From: an uncultured Alphaproteobacteria bacterium
Lineage (GTDB): Bacteria; Pseudomonadota; Alphaproteobacteria; HIMB59; GCA-002718135
DNA length: 64,000 bases
Assembly: GCA_902575815.1 (NCBI GenBank)
Contig: CACGTA010000001.1
Location: forward strand, 8,147-72,146
Reading direction: 5' to 3'
The notes under the pieces were generated by a model. That model did not search any database and was not told the origin of the DNA. It saw nothing but the letters and a program-made list of their open reading frames with translations. How positions within the stretch are numbered: position 1 is the first letter of the stretch; each line of letters opens with the position of its first letter. A program made the translations under genes and the position numbers. Below, one piece after another: positions 18,272 through 25,569 of the stretch.

Positions 18272-18469
18272 TTAATCCCACTCACAATTATTGGTAATTA
18301 GCAGGAGGAAATAATACTGTGAGTGGTAAGAAGCATTTAAATTTTATTGTTTACAGATAGATTAATGGAATATTAAATTTTTATAAATTTAATTAATTTT
18401 TAACTTCATTAATTCTCAAATAAATTTTTTAGTTCTTTCAATTTATCAAAAATTGAATCTCTTACTTCT
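18272..18469. repeat. Direct repeat copy 2 (includes the arsC 3-prime end and downstream hairpin)
   Basis: See copy 1. This copy is continuous with the intact arsC. Confidence 0.85.
18278..18326 (-). terminator. Hairpin downstream of arsC; possible terminator or structured leader of the acyltransferase
   Basis: CCACTCACA ... TGTGAGTGG is a perfect 9 bp stem with AT extensions. On the minus strand it is followed by GATTAATTTTTTATTT. Confidence 0.4.
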
Positions 18470-18828
18470 CTAAATTTATCTAATTGGTTTGAACTAAAAT
18501 GATCTGATGCCGGATCATCAAATGGTATTGAAAATATCTGAGCTTTGGAATTTAAAACTGGACATACCTCTTCTTTACAAAGCGTAAAAACGGTATTTAA
18601 TTCATCTCTAAATTTGTTGTCTAAACTTTCAAAATCTTTTGAATAATGTTTTGATATATCAATATCGATTTCACCCATAACCTCGATAGCATTAGGATTA
18701 ACTTCTTTGGGCACTGATCCTGCACTTTGAATAATGCAATTAGGATATAATTTTTTTGCAATTCCTTCAGCCATTTGACTTCTTGCTGAATTAGCAACAC
18801 ACATAAAAAGAATATTTTTATTTTTCAT
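18409..18828 (-). CDS. arsC: Arsenate reductase, LMW-PTP (thioredoxin-coupled) type
   Basis: N-terminal ILFMCVANSARSQMAEG (C-x5-R P-loop) with later Cys residues (LCKEEVCP). It is 139 aa. Confidence 0.85.
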   Translation of the reverse strand: MKNKNILFMCVANSARSQMAEGIAKKLYPNCIIQSAGSVPKEVNPNAIEVMGEIDIDISKHYSKDFESLDNKFRDELNTVFTLCKEEVCPVLNSKAQIFSIPFDDPASDHFSSNQLDKFREVRDSIFDKLKELKNLFEN

Positions 18829-19052
18829 GTTAGCAAATAAATATATCCAAAAATAAATAGTGGGAGTTGTAAACCAAAGTTTGTGAGCAGAGCTCTATCT
18901 TTTGTCATATAACCAACAATTGACCAACCAACAGCACCTGTACCGTGAATAATTATGTTAATTGGATACGCATTTAAATTGGTTAATAATATTCCTGATA
19001 AAATTAACGCGGTGCTAAACCACTTAATTCTATTAATTGATAAATCTGTCAT
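18825..19052 (-). CDS. Small hydrophobic protein of unknown function (2-3 predicted helices)
   Basis: 75-aa ORF whose stop overlaps the arsC start by 4 nt (ATGA coupling). No recognisable family. Confidence 0.45.
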   Translation of the reverse strand: MTDLSINRIKWFSTALILSGILLTNLNAYPINIIIHGTGAVGWSIVGYMTKDRALLTNFGLQLPLFIFGYIYLLT

Positions 19053-19119
19053 ATCTTCTCCTAAATTCTATATATTGCGAATATTACACTTTACTTAAAG
19101 ATAAAGATATTAATCAAAT

Positions 19120-19137
19120 TGTAACAAAAATTTAACA
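19120..19137 (+). promoter_or_regulatory. Pho-box-like phased heptamer pair in the arsC-operon / pit-operon divergent spacer
   Basis: The plus strand reads TGTAACA-AAAA-TTTAACA and ends 38 nt before the DUF47 ATG. Confidence 0.4.
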
Positions 19138-19175
19138 TTTCTTTCTTTTTTTTTGAAAAGTTCTATAAGCACGCC

Positions 19176-19838
19176 ATGTTTGGATTAAAAAGTGCATCAT
19201 TATTTGGTGATACCAAAAAGCTTGAAAGAGAAATTGATGAGTTTGTTGATATTGTCTCTGAAGTGGGCTTAGTATTTAAATCGATAGTTCCAACTTATCT
19301 CAATCATTCCGCCAATGGTAAATTTGAGGAAATGGTTGAAAAAGTTAAAGAAATGGAAAGTAAGGCCGACAAAATTACAAAAGATGTTGAGCATACTCTT
19401 TATGAAGAAACACTAATCCCAGATGCAAGAAGTGATGTGTTACGACTTCTAGAACACATCGACGAATTAATTGGAATGTACCAAGGAAATTGCTATCACT
19501 TCTCTATTCAAAAACCTAATTTTCCAAAAGAATTTCATGAAGATCTTATTGAGTTAACAGAGACTGTTGTAAATTGTGTTGAGTCACTTTGTTTGACTGT
19601 CCGATCATTTTTTAGAGATATTAAATCTGTTAGAGATAATGCTCATAAAGTAACTTTTTATGAAAAAGAATCTGATATAAAATTTAGTTCACTTGCAAGA
19701 AGAATTTTTGATTCTGAATTGCCTCTAGATCAAAAAATGCATCTTCGATATTTTGTAGAAAAGATTGATCGTATTTGTGATCAAGCAGAAGACATAGCTG
19801 ACGAGGTTCAAATTTACGCTATTAAACGTTCCGTTTAA
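19176..19838 (+). CDS. DUF47 / PhoU-like putative phosphate transport regulator (Pit accessory protein)
   Basis: 220-aa helical protein of the kind that precedes PiT-family transporters. It ends 6 nt before pit. Confidence 0.8.
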   Translation: MFGLKSASLFGDTKKLEREIDEFVDIVSEVGLVFKSIVPTYLNHSANGKFEEMVEKVKEMESKADKITKDVEHTLYEETLIPDARSDVLRLLEHIDELIGMYQGNCYHFSIQKPNFPKEFHEDLIELTETVVNCVESLCLTVRSFFRDIKSVRDNAHKVTFYEKESDIKFSSLARRIFDSELPLDQKMHLRYFVEKIDRICDQAEDIADEVQIYAIKRSV

Positions 19839-19844
19839 TTTTCA

Positions 19845-20897
19845 ATGGAAATTACAATTCTAATTTTTTTATTTGGTGGTCTTTTTTTAGGTTGGTCACT
19901 TGGTGCCAATGATGCAGCAAATGTTTTTGGAACTGCAGTTGGAACACGAATGGTTAGTTTCACAAGTGCAGCAATAATTTGTAGTGTCTTTGTTATTCTA
20001 GGTGCAATTATTAGCGGAGCAGGTACAACAGAAACCTTAGGAAAGTTAGGTGCTATTAATGCATTGCCTGGTGCTTTTGCAGCATGTGTTGCTGCAGGAA
20101 TATCTGTTTATTTAATGACTAAAGTTGGCTTGCCTGTTTCAACAACGCAAGCGATTGTTGGAGCAATTGTTGGTTGGAATTTATACACGGGATCTTCAAC
20201 TAATCTTCAAGTTTTAATTACTATTTTAGGAACATGGATACTCTGTCCTATTATTGCAGGAGTTATTGCAATGGGTTTATTTACTTTTACAAAAAGAGTT
20301 ATACTCAATAGAAAGTTACATATTCTCAGACTTGATGCCTATACAAGAACAGCTTTACTTTTAGCGGGTGCTTTTGGTGCTTATAGTTTAGGTGCAAACA
20401 ATATTGCCAATGTAATGGGTGTCTTCGTACCTATATCACTGTTTACTGATGTTACTATTGGAAATTTATTTGTCTTTTCCTCAAAAGAACAATTATTTTT
20501 TCTAGGTGGTTTAGCAATAGCTGTTGGTGTTTTTACTTACTCGAAAAGAGTTATGTTTACCGTTGGTAATGATCTCTTAAAAATGACACCAGTGGCAGCA
20601 TTTATTGTTGTTATATCGCATTCTATTGTTTTATTTTTATTTGCATCCCAGGGTATAAGTGCTTTTTTACAATCTATAAATCTTCCCTCTATACCTTTGG
20701 TACCAGTATCAAGTTCCCAAGCTGTTGTTGGCGGCGTAATTGGAATTGGTCTTTTAAAAGGAGGAAAAGAGGTTCAATGGTCAATTGCAGGAAGAATTTC
20801 CTTGGGTTGGATGACGCTACCTATAATTGCAGCTTTAATTTCTTTAATTGTTTTATTTATTCTAGAAAATATTTTTAATTTAACGGTCTCTTTTTAA
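19845..20897 (+). CDS. pitA: Inorganic phosphate transporter, PiT family
   Basis: The GANDAANVFGTAVGT signature is repeated as GANNIANVMG in the second half. It is a 350-aa polytopic protein. Confidence 0.9.
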   Translation: MEITILIFLFGGLFLGWSLGANDAANVFGTAVGTRMVSFTSAAIICSVFVILGAIISGAGTTETLGKLGAINALPGAFAACVAAGISVYLMTKVGLPVSTTQAIVGAIVGWNLYTGSSTNLQVLITILGTWILCPIIAGVIAMGLFTFTKRVILNRKLHILRLDAYTRTALLLAGAFGAYSLGANNIANVMGVFVPISLFTDVTIGNLFVFSSKEQLFFLGGLAIAVGVFTYSKRVMFTVGNDLLKMTPVAAFIVVISHSIVLFLFASQGISAFLQSINLPSIPLVPVSSSQAVVGGVIGIGLLKGGKEVQWSIAGRISLGWMTLPIIAALISLIVLFILENIFNLTVSF

Positions 20898-21418
20898 TTA
20901 ACTGCTCGATAAGAAAAAATAAAATCTTCCTGAATTTTAGATTCAATAGCCCCTTTTCTTCTTGCTCGAACTAGATCAATAGCATCTTGTTTTTCATAAT
21001 TGAATTCAACAAGTAAAATAGCAGCTATAGTGCCAGCCCTTCCTTTACCTCCACGGCAATGTAAAACTATATTTTTTCCATCTATCAATTCGTTCTTTAA
21101 TAAAACTTTTGTTGTTTCCCATTTATATTTAAAATCTTTATCTGGTGCTCCCATGTCATAAATGGGTAAATGGTACCAATGTAATTTATGTTTATAAATA
21201 CTTTTGACAAACAAAGTTTTATCACACAATTTTTCAAATTCGCTATCTTCAACAAAAGAAGTAATAGAACTACAATAATTATTTTTAAACATTTCTAATT
21301 CGTTTGTTAAAATTGTTTCTTCAAATAAACCATTAGAGTTAAGACCTGGAAAAGAAGTTAATATAATTTTTCCTGCAAATGACTTAGAGTCAATAAAATC
21401 ATAATTGCTAAATTGCAT
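20894..21418 (-). CDS. Dual-specificity / Cys-based protein phosphatase-like protein
   Basis: HCRGGKGRAGT (HC-x5-R-[ST]) P-loop with an upstream LPIYDMGAP general-acid loop. Its start abuts the phnZ stop. Confidence 0.7.
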   Translation of the reverse strand: MQFSNYDFIDSKSFAGKIILTSFPGLNSNGLFEETILTNELEMFKNNYCSSITSFVEDSEFEKLCDKTLFVKSIYKHKLHWYHLPIYDMGAPDKDFKYKWETTKVLLKNELIDGKNIVLHCRGGKGRAGTIAAILLVEFNYEKQDAIDLVRARRKGAIESKIQEDFIFSYRAVN

Positions 21419-21994
21419 TTACGCGTGTTTAGCTAAAAAAGACTGTCTTGCTTCTTCTAAATAGGGGCGAAAATGTTCAACATCGGGAGTTTTTTTATCT
21501 AGAATTTTTGCTAGATCATCAAATCTTCTAAGCTCTACTGCCTCATCCATAAAAGGTTTGCTTATAAACGCATCTGCTTCTTCTTTTGTGAAAGGACCAC
21601 CTTGAACTTTTAAAGAAAGTTTCGATGCTTCTGATAGACTATCATAATAACCTTCTTCAACACTTGATAAATATCTTTTTGAATCAACATGTGCTCTTAT
21701 TGGTAAAATAACATCTTCACCAAAATATTTTTTTAAAAAATCAGCACCTAAGTTTTCATGATGACCATCTTTCCCTTCATGAATGGGATCGCCGTCCTCA
21801 TAAATAAGGTGGCCAACATCATGCAGTAATGCTGCAGCAATTGTTGGTCCTGGTAATTTATTTTTTTCAGCAAGTTCAGCGCATTGGAGTGCGTGCTCAA
21901 GCTGAGTCACATCCTCATTACCATATTGAGTATCAGCACCTTTTGTTTTCAAAAGATCTAAGAGATAATCTACGATATTTTCTTCCATTCTCAT
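21419..21994 (-). CDS. phnZ: HD-domain phosphonate oxygenase, PhnZ-like (PhnZ/TmpB family)
   Basis: 191 aa with QLEHALQCA, ALLHDVGH, HHENLGADFL, AHVDSKRYL, LS.AS...L..QGGP and RRFDD. This is the ligand spacing I recall for the di-iron PhnZ. Confidence 0.7.
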   Translation of the reverse strand: MRMEENIVDYLLDLLKTKGADTQYGNEDVTQLEHALQCAELAEKNKLPGPTIAAALLHDVGHLIYEDGDPIHEGKDGHHENLGADFLKKYFGEDVILPIRAHVDSKRYLSSVEEGYYDSLSEASKLSLKVQGGPFTKEEADAFISKPFMDEAVELRRFDDLAKILDKKTPDVEHFRPYLEEARQSFLAKHA

Positions 21995-22082
21995 TTATAA
22001 TTAACTTATTAGAAAATAAATTCAATTCCAACTTTAATAAGATTGATCAAATTTATAATAATATTTATTAAGTAAATATTTA

Positions 22083-23180
22083 ATGGATAAAAAATTATTA
22101 ACCCCTGGTCCTCTCACGACATCGATGTCAACAAAAGAGGCTATGCTTCATGATTGGGGTTCGAGAGATACAAAATTTATTGATCTCAATGCATCAATTA
22201 GAGATTCCCTTGTTAAATTAATAGACGGTGAAGATAAATATCAATGTGTTCCAATGCAGGGAAGTGGAACTTTTGCCGTAGAGTCGATGGTAAGCTCTCT
22301 TACTCAAAAAGATTCTAAAATTCTGATTCTGATCAATGGTGCTTACGGACAAAGAATGAAAAAAATGTGCACATATTTAGGGAGAGATTTTATTGAATAT
22401 GAAGTTGCTGAACATGAAGTACATGACATCAATAAAATTGAAGACTTAATTGATAGCAACAACTTAACACACGTCTTTGCTGTATATTGTGAAACAACAT
22501 CGGGTATTTTAAATCCTATTGAAGACATTGCAAAATTGGTTGAGGGGAAAAATTTATCGTTATTCATCGATGCAATGAGTGCCTTTGGTGCATTACCCTT
22601 AAGTTCTAAAACAATTACTTTTGATGCTGTAGCCGCTTCATCAAACAAATGCTTAGAAGGTGTGCCAGGTGTTGGTTTCATTCTTGTTAAAAATGAAGTT
22701 ATTCAAAATGCAAAAGGCAATAGTCACTCACTAAGTCTAGACTTGTATGATCAATGGCAAGCAATGGAAAAAAATAAACAATGGCGATTTACACCTCCAA
22801 CACACGTATTAGCTGCATTCAACCAAGCTATTGAAGAACATAAAGAACAAGGCGGTGTAGAGGGACGAGGCAAAAGATATAAAAAAAATTGTGAAATTAT
22901 TTGTAATGGAATGAAAGAGTTGGGATTTGAGCAACTACTTCCTGATAATTTGCAAGCACCAATTATTATTACGTTTAAACAACCTAGTGATCCTAAATTT
23001 AACTTTGATAAATTTTATAATGCTCTTAGTGAAAAAAATTTTTTAATTTATCCAGGAAAACTAACAGTGGCAGCAACTTTTAGAATTGGGTGTATTGGTA
23101 ATTTAGATGAACAAGACATGATGGATACAATAAAAGCTGTAAAAGAAGTCGTTACTGAATTGGGATTAACATTAAACTAA
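22083..23180 (+). CDS. phnW: 2-aminoethylphosphonate--pyruvate transaminase
   Basis: N-terminal LLTPGPLTTS and the PLP-lysine region SSNKCLEGVPG. It is 365 aa. Confidence 0.9.
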   Translation: MDKKLLTPGPLTTSMSTKEAMLHDWGSRDTKFIDLNASIRDSLVKLIDGEDKYQCVPMQGSGTFAVESMVSSLTQKDSKILILINGAYGQRMKKMCTYLGRDFIEYEVAEHEVHDINKIEDLIDSNNLTHVFAVYCETTSGILNPIEDIAKLVEGKNLSLFIDAMSAFGALPLSSKTITFDAVAASSNKCLEGVPGVGFILVKNEVIQNAKGNSHSLSLDLYDQWQAMEKNKQWRFTPPTHVLAAFNQAIEEHKEQGGVEGRGKRYKKNCEIICNGMKELGFEQLLPDNLQAPIIITFKQPSDPKFNFDKFYNALSEKNFLIYPGKLTVAATFRIGCIGNLDEQDMMDTIKAVKEVVTELGLTLN

Positions 23181-23187
23181 CAAAATA

Positions 23188-23820
23188 ATGACAATAAAAA
23201 TTGAAATACCTTTAGTTAAAGCAACAAATGAAAATCTTAAAGGATATGGGTATTTAATCGATAGTTTTGAAAATAGTGATATTGAAATTGTTACTTGGCC
23301 AAAACAAGGATGGCGCGACATAGAAGAGGGAACTGGTAATGAAGGTGGAACTACCGAAGGTTCTTTTGATACCTGGTGGCAAGGTGAAGTGCTTTATGGG
23401 CAAAATAATGCTGTTCAACATAAGAGCGATTATGAAGTAGATGGAAAATATATACTGGGTTATGCCAATAATCCTGATCAAGAATTACAAAAAGATAAAT
23501 ATTCAGATCCAACAAAAATTTTTTTATGGCATGCAAATTATCATCCTGATGGAGGTCAGCTTTTCTTTCCTGAAGAAAATAAACCATTTATTTGTCCTTT
23601 AGCCTTACCAACAGACGACATTGAACCAGAACATTTTAAAGCATTTTATTGTGACGGATCAAAGGGTTTGTATATTCATCCAAATATTTGGCATGAAGGG
23701 GTGTTTCCAGTTACAGAAAAACAATCTTTTCAAGGAAAACAAGGTAAAGTACATGCAAGAGTTAGTATTGATTTAAAAGAAGAGTTTGACAAATATATCT
23801 TTTTTAAAACTAGAATTTAA
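23188..23820 (+). CDS. Ureidoglycolate-lyase (AllA)-fold protein of unknown function
   Basis: The pattern GYGYLI ... YHPDGGQLFFP ... IHPNIWHEG resembles, from memory, the AllA blocks (YG..I, RHP.GTQ.F.P, YH.N.WH). It starts 7 nt after phnW. Confidence 0.4.
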   Translation: MTIKIEIPLVKATNENLKGYGYLIDSFENSDIEIVTWPKQGWRDIEEGTGNEGGTTEGSFDTWWQGEVLYGQNNAVQHKSDYEVDGKYILGYANNPDQELQKDKYSDPTKIFLWHANYHPDGGQLFFPEENKPFICPLALPTDDIEPEHFKAFYCDGSKGLYIHPNIWHEGVFPVTEKQSFQGKQGKVHARVSIDLKEEFDKYIFFKTRI

Positions 23821-23831
23821 TTGGTAATAGA

Positions 23832-24641
23832 TTATTTTATACCCGAAGTTGCAAAACTCTCTACAAACTGTCTTTGAAAAATAATAAATGCAATTATTAG
23901 TGGTGCGGTTACCATTAATGTCCCTGCGCTTATAGTAGCCCACTCGATACCTGATTCCTCCATAGAAAAGATAGCTAAACCAACATTTAAAATTCTAGTT
24001 TCCTCTGAGTTAGTTATTATTAAAGGCCACAAATAATTATTCCAATGATAAGATATTGATACAAGTCCATAAGCTAAAAAAGTAGGTATAGATAATGGTA
24101 TGTAAACATGCCATAAAATTCGTAATGCTCCAGCACCATCAATCCTCGCAGAATCATCTAGCTCTTTTGGAACAGTTTTGAAAGCTTGTCTTAAAACAAA
24201 AATTCCAAAAGCAGATGCAATGTAGGGAAGGCTAATTGCAGGAATGGTATCTATCAAATTTAAGAATTTAATTGTTTTATAATTTTCGATAAGAATGATT
24301 TCTGGATTAATCATTAGTTGAATTAAAACTAATCCAAAAAGTATGTTCTTAAAAGGAAACTCATATCTTGCAAAAGCAAATGCAGTCAGAGAACATAAGA
24401 TAAACTGGCATGAAGTGGTCATTGTAACGTATATAAATGTGTTGAACATATATCTTGCAAAAGGAGCTTGTGACCAAGCATTTTCAAAATTGTATAAGGT
24501 CAGAGGGGCAAACAAATCAAATTTAACTTGATATTCTATTGGGTGTATCGAAGCCCAGATTGCATATAAGAGCGGTAGTAACCATAAAAATCCAAGTAAC
24601 CAAGCACCAATAATATTAATATTTTTATAGAATGAATACAT
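23832..24641 (-). CDS. CUT1-type ABC permease (UgpE/MalG-like)
   Basis: 269-aa membrane protein with the EAA loop LDDSARIDGAGALRILWHVYIPL. Confidence 0.8.
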   Translation of the reverse strand: MYSFYKNINIIGAWLLGFLWLLPLLYAIWASIHPIEYQVKFDLFAPLTLYNFENAWSQAPFARYMFNTFIYVTMTTSCQFILCSLTAFAFARYEFPFKNILFGLVLIQLMINPEIILIENYKTIKFLNLIDTIPAISLPYIASAFGIFVLRQAFKTVPKELDDSARIDGAGALRILWHVYIPLSIPTFLAYGLVSISYHWNNYLWPLIITNSEETRILNVGLAIFSMEESGIEWATISAGTLMVTAPLIIAFIIFQRQFVESFATSGIK

Positions 24642-24643
24642 TT

Positions 24644-25522
24644 TTATTGGTAATGGACCTTTCTATCCAATAAAAAAATTTGACCAATTCCTATTATTGA
24701 CAATAATATAATTAGTAAAACCGATAATGTTATTGCGTATGCTGTATCCCAAAATTCAAAACCATTCTCATAAATATAATAGAGTAATAAAGCGCTGTTG
24801 TAATTTGGACCTCCACCAGTCATAGTGAATAAATGTTCTATTCGTGTAAAGGCAGTAATTACTGCATTGACTGAAACAAATAATAAGGTTGGTGTTATCA
24901 TTGGTAGTGTAATTTTGTAAAACATTTGCCAACTATTAGCCCCTTCAATAATTGCTGCCTCTTTCATTTCCCTAGGTATTCCTTGAAGAGCAGCTAGAAA
25001 AAAAATCATGTAAAAACCAGACTCTTTCCAAATACTTACAGCAATAATACCCCATAAAACTTGATCAGGGTTTCCTAAAATATTTGTATTTTGGAAACCA
25101 AATAATGATCCAACTTGATCAATTAATCCAAAACCAGGAAGAAAAAAAAAGAGCCATATATTACCAACAGCTATTAAGGGTAAAACTACAGGTAAAAAAT
25201 ATGCAAAACGAAGCAATGGTCTACCGGGTAACTTGCTGTTTACCCATTGCGCCATAATTATTGCAATAATTATTGAAGATGGGATTGTAGAAATTGCATA
25301 AACAATATTGTTAGACATAACCTTCCAAAAAATGGGGTCTGAAAACATATGTTCATAATTTTCAATACCTTTAAACTTACTTGGTTTTCTCCCTTTAGGA
25401 GTAGAAAAAAAACTCATATAAATTGTTTTAACAACAGGTATGTGAACAAAAGTTAATAATAATATGAATCCAGGCGATAAAAGTAAAATTACTGGTATAT
25501 GTTTTTTAATTTTAGTTATCAT
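24644..25522 (-). CDS. CUT1-type ABC permease (UgpA/MalF-like)
   Basis: 292-aa membrane protein with the EAA loop KEAAIIEGANSWQMFYKITLP. Confidence 0.8.
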   Translation of the reverse strand: MITKIKKHIPVILLLSPGFILLLTFVHIPVVKTIYMSFFSTPKGRKPSKFKGIENYEHMFSDPIFWKVMSNNIVYAISTIPSSIIIAIIMAQWVNSKLPGRPLLRFAYFLPVVLPLIAVGNIWLFFFLPGFGLIDQVGSLFGFQNTNILGNPDQVLWGIIAVSIWKESGFYMIFFLAALQGIPREMKEAAIIEGANSWQMFYKITLPMITPTLLFVSVNAVITAFTRIEHLFTMTGGGPNYNSALLLYYIYENGFEFWDTAYAITLSVLLIILLSIIGIGQIFLLDRKVHYQ

Positions 25523-25555
25523 AAAAAAAACGGCACTATTATTAACTAGTGCCGT
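25523..25555 (-). terminator. Intrinsic terminator/attenuator hairpin between the binding-protein gene and the permeases
   Basis: The minus strand reads ACGGCACT-(10 nt)-AGTGCCGT followed by eight T. Confidence 0.65.
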
Positions 25556-25569
25556 TTGATATTTTTTCT

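Noticed and set aside
18302-18360. AGGAGG in the loop of the copy-2 hairpin is followed 10 nt later by GTG and a 13-codon ORF (VSGKKHLNFIVYR).
   Set aside because: It is not conserved in repeat copy 1, where AGGAAG replaces AGGAGG and GCG replaces GTG. It is also very short and sits inside a stem. It is most likely coincidental.
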